From Isurus oxyrinchus (lineage: Eukaryota): 64,000 nt of DNA. Position numbers and translations under genes: made by a program. The stretch lies in NCBI GenBank assembly GCA_026770705.1, contig JANJGN010000101.1, positions 1,240,001 to 1,304,000 of the forward strand. The letters are read 5' to 3'. Of the stretch, positions 23,820-36,419 are shown piece by piece. Below the pieces are notes generated by a model. It saw nothing but the letters and a program-made list of their open reading frames with translations. It was not told where the DNA came from and did no database searches. How positions within the stretch are numbered: position 1 is the stretch's first letter; the number at the start of each line of letters is the position of its first letter.

Positions 23820-25845
23820 GGAGCGTGGGAACAACGAGAGAATTTCAGCATGTAATAGCATGGATTCTGGGAGCGGCAGCTAACTCTAAAAGAGGGAATA
23901 TTCAGTTAATAGATGGAGTCAGGATAAGGGAGCAAGCAATGAATTCTAAATCAGCGTTGCAATGCATGTATATACATGCATGGAAAATAGTTAATAAAAT
24001 TTGGGAGTTACAGGCACAGATTGCCTTTAGGGATTATTATGATGGGGCGATAACGGAGACCTAATTTAAGGAATGACAGAATTGAGTGTTAATTATTCCT
24101 AGTTACAAGATGTTCATAAAAGACAGGAAATGGCACAAAATGGGGGCGAGGCCGTGGTGGCGTTTTAGTTTAAGGAGAGTATTGCAGTACTGGTGAAAAA
24201 TAATGTGTCAGGCGATTCAAGGACAGAACCAATTTGGCTGGAGCAAAGGAATAAGAAGGGTGCAATTGCATTGCTGGGTGTAATGTATAGACCACAATAG
24301 TTAGTGGGGAGATAGACAGAAGCAAGGAAATAACAGAGGTGTAAACATCATCGAGTAGTTATAATGGAGGGAGGAGGGGTTCATTACCCGAATATATACT
24401 GGGATAGTGGGACCGTAAGGGACAGTGAGGGAGCAGCATTCCAGGATTATACCCTGGAGAATTTGCTACAGCAGTGTGTGTCCATTGCAACCTGAAAGGA
24501 GGCACTGCTAGACCTGGTTCTTGGAATGACGTGGGCCAAGTAAACAAACTGATAGGAGGGGAGCATTTAGGGGACAGTGATCATTGTATCATAAGGTTTA
24601 GGATGACGGTGGAAAATGACATTGATCAATCCAGGGTAAGAGTCGCCAACTGGCAGAGAGCAGACTTCAATGGGGCAATAATGGGGCTGGGCCTGATAGA
24701 CTGGAACCAACGGTTGGTGGGAAAAACATTAGCTGAACAATGAGCTCCTTCAAAGACGAGATGGTTTCGGCACAGTGAAAGTATGTTCCCTCAAAAGGGA
24801 AGGCCAGGCGAAACAAGTCCGGAGCTCCCTGGATGGCAAAGGAGGTAGAAATTAAGTTAAGGAAGAAAAAATGTGCTTACAACACGTGTCGGGTAGCAGA
24901 TACATTTGAGAATCCAAGCTGAATACAGCAGGTTCAGAAAGGATGTGTAAAAGCAAATACAAGAAGCAAAGGGAGATTATAAAAAAAGACTGACAGCTAA
25001 CATAAAAGGAAATCCCAAAGTATTCTATAAGCATATCAATCGTAAAAAGGTTGTAAAAGGAGGAATAGGCCGATTAAGGATCGAAAACGGGATTTACACA
25101 TATAGGCAAGAGGCATGGCTGAAGTGTTAAATGAATATTTTGCATCAGTCTTTACCTTTAGGTAGATGCTGCCCAGGCCATGGTGACAGAAGAAGAAACT
25201 CAGTCACTATAAAGGGTTTGAAATTGCTAAGGATGAGGTATTGCATCAACTGTTGGCTCTTAAAGTTGATAAGGCAAGGGACAGGGTGAGATGCGTCCAA
25301 GAGTATTGAAGGGAGTGAGAGTGGAAATTGCAGAAACACTGAGAATAATCTTTCAGAGTTCCCTGCATTTGGGGGAGGTGCTGGAGGACTGGAGAATTGC
25401 AAATATTACGCCCTTATTAAAAAAAAGTTTGAAAAGTGATCCCTGCAAATACAGACGAGTCTGTTTAACTTCGGGGCTGGGGAAACTTCTAGAACCAATT
25501 ATTCCAGATGGAATTAATATCATGTGGGATAATGTAGATTGTTTAGGAAGAGTTATCATGGATTTATTAAAGGAAAATCCTGTATAACTAACTTGCTAGA
25601 GTTTTTTCAAGAGGTAACAGAGATGGTTAATGAGGACAAGGCCGTTGATATGGGCTATATGGACTTCCAAAAGGTGTTCCATACAGTTCCACACAACAGA
25701 CCTGTGAGGAATGTTATAGATCATGGAATTAAAGGGACAATAGCTAAGTGGATAAATATTTATATATATAAATGATCTAGATCTTGGTTTGCAGGGGACA
25801 GTTTAACTGTTTGTGGACGACCCAAAACTTGGGAGAATTTGGGGA
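23820..25845 (+). mobile_element. CR1 LINE (endonuclease to RT remnant, many stops) in the Cmu2-Cmu3 intron
   Basis: AITET, GEHLGDSDHCIIRF (APE), WRIANITPL, HGFIKGKSCITNLLEFF and YMDFQKVF..VPH motifs. Confidence 0.9.
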
Positions 25846-26927
25846 AATTTGACGTCACGCTGACAAAGCAGGTATTCACGGGCCTTAACAGCTGATGTTG
25901 AAGTCGGTGCCTCCCACAATACAATACTCACCCAGTACTACATTGCTGGTATCAGCTACACTTGTGTTCAAACATCTGGAGTGGGGATTGAACCCATGTT
26001 CTTTCTGAATCAGAATCCCCCGGTGTCCAGAATTCCATCAACTCACAAAACACGGTGACATTTTGTTCAAAGGTTGGACAGTGAGTGATGAGTCATTGGT
26101 TTTAGTTTTATCCGAAATTGATTGATCATATTATGAGTAGGATCGGTGTGCGCAGGCCTTTACTGGTAATTGCCCATGACTTCAATCCTGACAAAGATGT
26201 GCACTTTATTTCTGCTGCTGTTTTCAGATTGAGCAGCGCTGATAGCAGTTTGCATAGTCTCGGCTGCATTCCTTTGAGTACAATAGTCTCATGAGTGATC
26301 GAATTCCGGTGTTTCGGTTAATTAATAAAACTGGAAGTAGGGAGAAAATGTTTAGCCCTCCAAATTAGAGGTAGGAAAATTCTGAGGAAGGTGATTTTGG
26401 CAACCTTTTCCTCACACTGTGAAATATTATCATTTTCATTTTCCCTAAGAACATCTGAGGCTGGGACTCAATTGACATCTCAAAAAAAGAGATTAAGATT
26501 TTTTTCTGAAAATGTTATCGCACGTGACAGAACGGGGAGGATAAATGGGGTTAAGGCACACATTATTCTTACAGAGAGACATACAGAGTTGAATGGTCTC
26601 CTCCTGTGCTGTTAGCATTCTATCATTCTCTGATTCCTTGATTTCGGGACGAGTGATATTCTGTCTGTAAGACGATTGTACCTGAATTTATTCACATTGT
26701 TGGACCGGCATATGGTTTAGTCATTTCCAGTGGTGCTGGCTGGAAATACCCAGGGAATGTTATGGAGTCTCCCGGAATTATTGCAAGTCACTGACCTTCA
26801 AACAATGAAGGCATTAACATGGCAGGGGCAGGTCAAATAAATATTCCCGTCGTGATAATGAAAGCTGTATTCCGGGTTTCTGATTCTGAAGATGATGCTT
26901 TGGTTGACATTAATTTCTACTTCACAG

Positions 26928-27233
26928 TTCCCGACTGCAACGACCCCGTAATTACTCTATAGCCGCCGCCAATAGAACAGGTCTTACTGGAGGCGACAGT
27001 GACCTTAACCTGTATCGTGAGTAACGCCCCTTATGGAGTCATCATGTCCTGGACACAAGAACGGAAGCCTTTGAAATCAGAGATTGCTGTCCAGCCGGGA
27101 GAGGATCCTAACAGCGTGGTTAGCCACCTGAACATCTCAACACAAGCCTGGCTGAGTGGGGCTGAGTTCTACTGCGTGGTGAGCCATCAGGATCTGCCGA
27201 TTCCTTTAAGAAATTCCATCCACAAGGAAAAAC
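26928..27233 (+). pseudogene. IGHM: IgM constant exon Cmu3 with premature stop (TAG 26960-26962)
   Basis: [36 protein letters not shown]...[19 protein letters not shown]...IHKEK. AG at 26926-26927, GTGAGT at 27234. Confidence 0.92.
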
Positions 27234-27730
27234 GTGAGTGGTGAGAATGGATCAATAAGTGAGAGAGTGTGCAAATTCCCAGTGTAATTTAAGAACCAAT
27301 AATCAATGCACAATGTACTAATGAGCAAGTCTAATTGGCAATTTCACTAACTATAACCCCTAGGTCCGTAAATGATGCATTTAAGTAGTAAATTCATATT
27401 TAGGTGAATGAACAAGAAACTCTACTGCAGGGTTTGATTATATAATGTGGGAGGAGCTTGCTGTGGAGTTCAGACACCAGCACAGAGCTGCTCGGCAGAA
27501 TGGCCTGTTACTGTTACTGATGAAACTTTCCAGTCCAACCCCGTATATTCTCAGAGTGAATGATTGCATCCACATCTGCTCTGATCTAGAAAGCCGGTCA
27601 GACCCTAAAGTGGAAAATGGAGATCTTGAAAAGTCAAAACAAAACACATTTCTCTCACATGTAACCACCGGTGTCATTGTCCCTGGAATTCTCCAGTTTT
27701 TTTTTGACATTTATTGTCAATTTTTTGCAG

Positions 27731-28122
27731 CTAAATATCTGCGGGAACTGTCTGTCTCTGTCCTCCTGCCCCCGGCTGAAGGTGTCTCCGCTCAGAGATT
27801 CATCTCCCTCAGCTGCTTAGTGAGAGGTTTCTCCCCCCGAGAGATCTTCATCAAGTGGACCGTCAATGACAAGCTGGTGAATCCGGGGAACTACAAGAAC
27901 ACCGAGGTGATGGCGGAGAACGGCAATAACTCCTTCTTCATGTACAGCCTGTTATCCATTGCAGCGGAGGAGTGGGCCAGCGGCGCTTCTTACTCCTGTG
28001 TGCTGGGACATGAAGCCATTCCATTGAAGATCATCAACAGAACGGTTGATAAATCCAGCGGTAAACCGAGTTTTGTGAACATTTCCCTTGCACTGATGGA
28101 CACTGTTAATTCATGTCAATGA
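27731..28122 (+). CDS. IGHM: IgM constant exon Cmu4 plus secretory tailpiece
   Basis: ...[20 protein letters not shown]...[19 protein letters not shown]...VDKSS|[20 protein letters not shown]. The tail has the NIS sequon and penultimate Cys. Internal donor G|GTAAAC after 28060 serves the membrane form. Confidence 0.96.
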
Positions 28123-28158
28123 GAATCTATCACTTACTTTTCGAACTTTAGTAGAAAT

Positions 28159-28164
28159 AATAAA
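28159..28164 (+). promoter_or_regulatory. Secretory-form polyadenylation signal
   Basis: AATAAA begins 37 nt after the tailpiece stop. Confidence 0.75.
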
Positions 28165-29129
28165 GGATATTCCTCCAGTTGTGAATTAAATACACAGCCA
28201 CTTAATTAATTATGTTTTCCAGTTTTGCTAATGTTGGGCCTGTTTAGTTGATGTCGGGAATTCACAGGTCTCAGACCCGAGTCTTGTGCAATCCGTGCCC
28301 CCAGCTCAGATACACCCTGGCTTAGAGACAGAATGAAGCTCATTCATTACAGAATTCCGTAAAGTTACTTCACCAACTTGCCCCTCGCTGAGGTGAATTC
28401 TGACCATTTCCCATTTAGCACAAGCACACACAGTAGCAGCATTCAGATCCCGTTGTTCTGCTTCACTTTTCGTCCATCCATTCAAACTTCTACCAGCCGG
28501 ATGTTGCCACATCGCACCCACTGGGAACTGAAGTGAGGGTCACACGGGAAGGTGAAATCTATCTCAACTTAGCCAACATAGAAATGGGGGAGGGCATTAG
28601 TTAACACAATGCACCTGCACATCCCCAACACAGACAACTGGAGAGGAAATTGTTTAGCCAACGAGAGAGAGTGGAGAGGGGAACATTAACTCACTAACCT
28701 CCCAGTCCCAGTCACAGAGGGTTTAGAAGTGAACAGCTGTCTATGATATGAGTTCAGATACAAAGCGGCTTCTAGCTTCCTGCGCTCAGATTGTAATCTT
28801 CAATCATGGCAAACATATCATGGCAAATCATGGCAACGTGATGGTTTGAAATGATTTTCAATCTGTTGTTCTTGTAAATCACAAGTTGCCGATGATTTTT
28901 CATAACCCAAATCTGAACGGCTGTTTCCATCCTTCCTGTTTTTCCAGTTCTGTTTCTAATGTTTCTGGGGAACCTCTGTTTAATTGTTGCATTCTATCGC
29001 TTGATGTCACATTGAACCCCAAAGAAAACACATTCATACAAAGAATGGCGAATTGTGTTCTCCATCGATCATACCTTCAGTGTCAGGCCATGTTATTGAT
29101 GTTCAGTGATACGAGAAACAATAACATAA

Positions 29130-29229
29130 TACACACACACACTGACATAAGCTCATAAACACACACACACACACACACACACATACACACAGGAAAAGAC
29201 ACACTCATACATGCCCTGGCACAAGATCA

Positions 29230-29263
<34 letters not shown>

Positions 29264-29992
29264 CTCACATGCACACACAGAAACACACACAAACATGCAC
29301 ACATACTCACACACACATTGACAGAAACAATGCAAGTGCACGAGTACATAACAATACACACATAAACACACACATGTACACATACACACAGGCAAAGACA
29401 GACAGACACACACCCTGGCACAATATCACACACACAGACTCTCACACACACACACACGCACACACATACACACACACATATACACATACAGACAAAGACA
29501 GGCTCACACACACACCCTGGCACAAGATTACCTACACACATGCACACTCACACACACACAACAAAGGCACACACACAAACTGACACCAGATCTCTCTCTT
29601 TCACTCTCTCACAGACAAATACACACAGCGACACAGAGATACAAACATATGCATACACAACCAGTGTTAGGAAAATGCACACACAATAGTACGTAAAACA
29701 TACACACATACACACACCCAAACACCCACACATACACACACACAGACAAAGAAACTCTCACACACACCCTGGCAAAAGATCACAAACGGACTCACACACA
29801 CACAACAAAGGCACACACCCAATCTGAAACCAGATCACTCTCTCCCTCTCTCACATACAAACACACACAGAGACACACACATGCACTGAAACCAAATTGC
29901 ATACACACACGTACACAAAGGCAGGCATACACACACAAACATGAACAAGCACACACATCCACACGAACACACACACACACACACACAAACAC

Positions 29993-30034
<42 letters not shown>

Positions 30035-30119
30035 TCCGGTGTGCACTGGATCATGCTCACATGCTCGAACAAATCAACACAGAAGACATACACACATGCA
30101 GACAAAAACATGCAGACAG

Positions 30120-30152
<33 letters not shown>

Positions 30153-31791
30153 TAAACAAGCAAACACATCCACACACAAACACACACACACAACATTGGA
30201 TCATGCCCGAACACATAAACAAAGGCTGACATAAACACAGTGAGAGAAAAGCACACGTACAGGCACAGATGCACATATAAACACACACACACCTACGTAA
30301 ACAAGCACACACATCCCCACACACACAGTAACATCCACACACACACACAAACACACACAGGCTTTGACACAGACTTGCACACACAGACGCACTTACACTC
30401 GCACAAACACATGCATATATGAACACGCATACAGTTATACACAGATATACTCACATTCGGGCACACATGCAGGCAGACAGATGCACACACAAACACACAT
30501 CCACTGGATCATACACATATGCCCGAACAGATAAACACAGACTGGCATTGGCACAGACAGACACAGAGGCACACAGGCATGCATGCACATACACAGACAT
30601 ACACACACACATACAAACATACATAAACAAGCACACACATCGACGCACACACACGCATTCACACACACACACACACACACTCACAAACGCACTCTGATAG
30701 ACACACACAAACACAGACATGCGCACACACACACACTCACAGAGACACACACACACATGAATAAACGAGCATACATACAGGCATACACCGACATACACAC
30801 ATTCGTGCACACACGCAGGCAGATAGACACACACACCCACCCACTGGATCATGCACACTTGCCTGATCACATAAACACAGACTGACATTGACACAGACAG
30901 ACAAAAGCACGCACCCAGACACAGAGGCATCACACACACTCACAAAAGCATATGTAAACAAGCACACGCATCGAAATACACACACACACACATTCACACA
31001 GACACACACACACACATGCATTCACGCACACACACATACACAAACACACACACATTTGGATAGATACAAACCCACAGACATTGAAGCAGACATGCACACA
31101 CACATGCACCTACAGACACACACACACACACACACACATACATGAGCTCGCATACAGGCAAGACAGAGGTACACAAATTCGGGGACACACGCAGACAGGC
31201 AGACAGAGACACACAGAAGCACACATACATCATAAAGAGAAACACACACTCACACACATCCAGACACAAGATCACACACACACATACTCAAACACACACA
31301 CAATCACACAGGCATATACACAAATCCGCACACATGTATTCACACAAACACACACACACACATAAAGACATGGACGCATACACACAAAAACAAATTGAAT
31401 CACACGATCAAAACACACAAACACACATGTAAACGCACACCCACACATTGATAAAATACACACACAAACACACACACAGGCAGAAGATCACACACACACA
31501 AACATGCATAGGTACACAGAAACAAACACACAGTTTCATACATAGGCATGGGAAAAGAGGCACACGTACACAAACAGGTGCAAGCATGCATGGATACATA
31601 GCCAAGCATACACGCACACACACATACACATACATACACAAGCACAAGCATACATATACACAAAAACCAGCACACAGACACATATACACATAGCCGCACA
31701 CACAAGCACACAAGAATGCACATGTAAACACAGACCCACACAATGATAAACATGCACAGGCATACACACACAAACAAACCCACACTCACAA

Positions 31792-31836
<45 letters not shown>

Positions 31837-32770
31837 TAGAAAATATGCAGACATGCAACTCACAGGAACACACAGCACATATGCACAGATGCAACCTCAC
31901 ACTCAGAAATATACACTCACTCTCGACAAACAGACACACAGACAGACACACGCACGCACAACCAAGCACCTGAAAATGCAGATATCCTCTCACACACATG
32001 CACACACAGTCACACACATGCAAACGATTGTGAGCAAACACACAAACACACATGCATGGATGCACTCAACACACACAATTACAGATATACACAACCCCAT
32101 AAACAGACTCAGACAGGTCCTGTAAGTTTGTACATGAACATGTTCATTACTGTGCTTCAACGAGCACAACAATATAAATATAACGACACACTATCATACA
32201 CAATAGTGCACATGCATAGGCATTTGTACACACACATTAAAAATTGACACACGGGCACACAGACAAATAGATGAACAGGCAGTAACATTTTCACAAACAT
32301 AGAGCAAGAAACAACTATGAATACATCCACGCACTCACATTAAAACAAACATATATAAACACATGCTTTAGTAAACATAGATACGTAAATATACATTAAG
32401 ACAAAGCTAGAAACATCCAAGAACACATAACTGCACGCCTCAACATACTCACACGCTCATGGGGGCACACTCATTAACATATCAAACATAGAACATAAAA
32501 AGGCACAATATCAGATATATTAACAGGCATGGACGTAAATACATTCTTTAACACAGACATTAATAAGTGAACATAAACATCAACGCATGCAGACACATTA
32601 ACACACTGATACACATTCATTTACAAATGAACAAACATACACACAAAGGCGGGCCACACATAAATAAGCATATCAACACTCATGCCACATGAACACACAC
32701 ATCAGCGCTCATACAACAGGGCACACAAACACTGTTAAAGGCAGAGCAAGAGATACTCGTGCACATATAC
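29130..32770. repeat. ~3.6-kb degenerate (CA)n-rich tract between secretory exon and TM1
   Basis: Directly visible. It contains internal higher-order repeats, e.g. TGGATCAT near 30045, 30197, 30504 and 30844. Confidence 0.95.
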
Positions 32771-33388
32771 GCAAATATGTAAAAAACACAAAGGCAAATG
32801 CCAGGCTAAAGACGAAAGTATATTTTAAATCTATTTTTTTAAAGGACACATCTTCCAAAAATTGCTGGGAGCACATAAAGGCCCAGGAGACAGGCTGAAG
32901 CAATGTTCTTAATCATAAACTGATTTAAGTTAATTATGTGCCGAACATTACCACCACAAATAAACAAACAAGAACAAAATTCAGAAAAGATATCTAACAG
33001 AGTTCAGAGTCTTGGAATTAATAGCTATCAGTACTTATCATTAAAATAATTGTTATCAATTAGCAAACCTCCTGCAATTTCCACCATAATATAATCCAGT
33101 GATAGGTCGTACTAAATTCATCCAAAATAAACTGGCATCGAAGGAATTAAAAACACATTTTCCAATAGGGGCAGGATGAGAAATGTAAAGTGAGAGCAGC
33201 TGTGGAGTTAGTAACAGACAGAGATTGTTGAGAGTCACTTATTCATTAACAGATATGCATTGAAAACTTAATTACTGAACAGATCAAAAGCTTGAGGAAG
33301 ATACAATAGAATTAATATATTAAAAAAACGGTAAGACACCCTCGATTAATAAGAATGCAATTAAAATTTCTCGGTTATATCCCTGTAG

Positions 33389-33516
33389 ATTCCACAGACC
33401 GCATCTGGATTGAAGACAATGAGGATGATAACGGGAACATCTGGACAACCGCTTCCACATTCATTGTCCTGTTCTTCCTGAGCATTTTCTACAGCACTGC
33501 CGTCACTCTGGTGAAG
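33389..33516 (+). CDS. IGHM: IgM transmembrane exon TM1
   Basis: DSTDRIWIEDNEDDNGNIWTTASTFIVLFFLSIFYSTAVTLVK has an acidic spacer and CART motif (WTTASTF...YS). AG at 33387-33388, donor GTGAGA at 33517. Confidence 0.94.
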
Positions 33517-33656
33517 GTGAGAAGATCCAATCCACTAACACTACAATCTGACAGAAGCGGTTTGAAAACTTTCTAAATATTTGAACAGTTAAAGACTATA
33601 ACATAAATACACCAGATCATAAACATCTGCTTCATTATTTTCTCCCTCTTTTACAG

Positions 33657-33665
33657 ATCAAGTGA
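33657..33665 (+). CDS. IGHM: IgM TM2 exon (IK-stop; cytoplasmic tail KIK)
   Basis: Polypyrimidine tract plus ttacAG at 33655-33656, then ATC AAG TGA. Confidence 0.85.
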   Translation: MK

Positions 33666-34061
33666 TCGGTTGAATTTGGACCCCGTAGCTTTCCCTCAGC
33701 TGTTCATTAAATCTCTGTATTTCAATTTAAAATATGTTCTCTTGATGATCCCGAATCTGTGACCGAACCTCTAACAGTATTTCTGTGATCCTGTAAGAAA
33801 TGTGCGAAATGGTAATGGTTGTAATGTAATTGTAGCATCTAATTTCCCTGGAATTAGGATTTCAATTTTAATTAAATAACTTTTCTCATTCCTTATTCAC
33901 TATTGCCCCCTTCCCTTTCCGTTGAGCCGCTGTTTTCTTTTTCTGATCTATGTTCCAGTGGTACATACAGTTTACCAACTCAGAGCGCATATGGACTCAG
34001 AGCGCATGTGTTCTGTTCCCAACGTGACTTCAGGAATTATATTCACTTCTGTTAACTTTAA

Positions 34062-34103
34062 AATAAACTTTCCTGTAAAATATTCTCTGAAATTACTAAT
34101 AAA
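34062..34103 (+). promoter_or_regulatory. Candidate membrane-form polyadenylation signals
   Basis: AATAAA at 34062-34067 and 34098-34103, downstream of TM2. Confidence 0.55.
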
Positions 34104-35169
34104 TCTGGAATGAAAAGTGAACTAGCTGTGACTTTGCTGAATTCCTTTCTCCAAGGCCCATCGACACCGCTCCATTTTCCCTATTGCACATTTCTCTCAG
34201 TTTTACCAGTCCTGTCTGGGATCTGTTTCCACCCATCGCCCCATCCGTGTAAGGAGACCTTTACCTCTGTTTCTGGCAATTGCCCGAGGCGGAATGAATG
34301 AACAGGGAGGGTCACCTCGGCGATTTCACTCTGGACGGTCACAGTCACATGTCTGGCAATTCCAAACTGTCGGGTTCGGCTTCATCGGAGGCTGATATAG
34401 GACAGGAAATTGGAGCATAAAACGCCCTTTACAATACCTCATGAAACACTCCCACGGTTGGTGCAGCCAGGATCAGGAACAGGGTAAAGATCCCTCTGCA
34501 TTGTTGGATTAAACACTTTGAAGGTGGGCATGCCACAGGCTAGATATATGACACAGGCAGAATAAGGAGCACAAACCAATGGGCGTATCCAGGGACTGAA
34601 GCATGTCTGGCACTGATATATTATCAAGTACAACTCCTGCAAATTATTACAGAGCTTTAGGTCTCTTGGGCATACCTGGGGGGACAAAACTGCGAAAATG
34701 CTCAAAGACGGGGTTCAACGTTATGCAGCAAGTAACCATAAACATGAGGCTTGTTCCCAGACCCTGGGGCCGATCGGATACTGAGACACTGGCTTCACAT
34801 TTTCTGTTAAATACACAAACAGACATAGCCCACACCTCGCCCTGCCCCACCCCTTTCTGTTAAGCATATACACGTCCTTATTCTGGTAAACACACATTGA
34901 CTCTCCACTTCCACCTTTTCTGTTAAATCCATTAGCCCTGTCATTTTCCCTTATGCTTCGATAATGAATCGTATTCCTGATCAACTCAGTCGTACTGATA
35001 CCATCTCCCTGAACTCACTGAACATCATCCCAGGGATCTGTTCTCCCTGCTCCATTCCCTCTGATACCAATTTCCTGAACTCACTGAACATCACCCCAGG
35101 GGTAAACACAGAAAGCGCTGGAAAGCTCGGCAGGTCTGATAGCATCTCCAGTTTTCTCCACTTCCCTGG

Positions 35170-35645
35170 GTGAGCGCTGTTCCAACAACACACTAGAAGT
35201 TCGACACCATCCAGCACAAAGTCGCTCAATTGTTGACAGCTCATCTACCAGCTTCACCATTCACTCCCTCCACCACCGCCGCACAGTAGCAGCAGTGTGT
35301 GCCAATTACTAGATGCACTGCAGGAACTCATCAAGGCTCCTTCGATAGCACCTTTCACACCCACGACATCTACCATCTAGAAAGACAAGGGCAACAGATA
35401 CATGGGAACACCACCACCTGGTATTTCCTTCAAGGGCACTCACCATTTTGACTTGGAAATGTATCGCTGCTCCTTCGCTGTCGCTGGGTCAAAATTATGG
35501 ATCTCCCTTCCTAACAGCACTGTGTGTGTACCTGCACTACATGGACTGTAGCGGTTCAAGAAGGCAGCTCACCATTACCTTCTCAAGGGCAATTAGGGAT
35601 GGGCAGAGAAGTGTTGGACACACCAACGAAGCCCACGTCCCTTGA
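35170..35645 (+). mobile_element. Shark SINE/LINE 3' end (HE1/HER1-like); related copies at about 9030-9275 and 39050-39430
   Basis: Shared block: ctaacagcactgtg.gtgtacct...ttcaagaaggcagctcacca...ttctcaagggcaattagggatgggca. Confidence 0.65.
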
Positions 35646-36419
35646 AATAATAATAAATAATTTTCTAACTGATCATTGGGAACAGAAAAGCCGATTCTTG
35701 GAAACAAAATGGACAGCCTGATATCACTTTGTAAACAATGGAAAACAACCCAATAGTTATTAAAAAATAGTTGCAGTATTAAACTATCTGCAATTAAAAT
35801 GCAGGAACACTTTGGGATTTAACACATTCACTGAGGGTGGAGATGGGCTGCAGGTTATCACTGAAGTTAATGTAGGGGAATTATTCTTTATTCAGTTTTT
35901 TATTCAGAAAAGCGTTATTAGAAAATCGGAGATTTAAAGGAATGGGCAATTTCCCAGAGACAGAGAGACAGAGGGAGAGAGAGAGAGTTCAATAAGTTTC
36001 AGTGAGTTAGACTCTGTCTCAGGTAGAGAGATGACAGACATTAAGTAAGTGTGCTGACAAACACGCCCGTCTTAGCAAAGAAATGGTCAGAATCACATGA
36101 AATTCTAAACAAGAGCACAACAGAACGTACTACCAATAAATATTTACGATATTAGGCGATCTGTAGTTACAGGTTGTATAAGAGAAAATAAAAAAAGCTG
36201 AAACATTCTGGTGAAGATAAATCTTTTATCTTTGCAGAATGATATAGCATGATTTCATTTAACACAGACACACACAAAAGGTGATGTCTCATATGTAATT
36301 CTGTTAGCTGTACTGCAAATTAATATGAGGAGCTGCGTGGAACAACCAGTCAATGGGAAACCTCTAGTTTTAGGCCAAAGTCAGAGGCCCATTTCTAACT
36401 CAACATCCACCTTAAAGAG

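Larger units (their letters stand above)
13304..34103 (+). pseudogene. IGHM: Shark Ig heavy-chain minilocus (L-VH-D1-D2-JH-Cmu1-4-sec-TM1-TM2), unrearranged; probable pseudogene or atypical allele
   Basis: All segments are present in order, with RSSs and phase-compatible GT/AG splice sites. There is an in-frame TAG at 26960-26962 in Cmu3 and RGQG instead of WGQG in JH. Confidence 0.85.

Noticed and set aside
26960-26962. The premature TAG acting as a rescue splice acceptor
   Set aside because: Splicing there would join a phase-1 donor to a phase-0 position and shift the frame.
27445-27730. N-terminal 95 aa of ORF 27445-28122
   Set aside because: This is intron read-through. The real exon starts after the ttttttgcAG acceptor at 27731. 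The same applies to the extensions of ORFs 21701, 22982 and 33355.
29227-32247. Dozens of overlapping V/C-rich and H/T-rich ORFs
   Set aside because: These are translations of the (CA)n/(TG)n tract, not genes.
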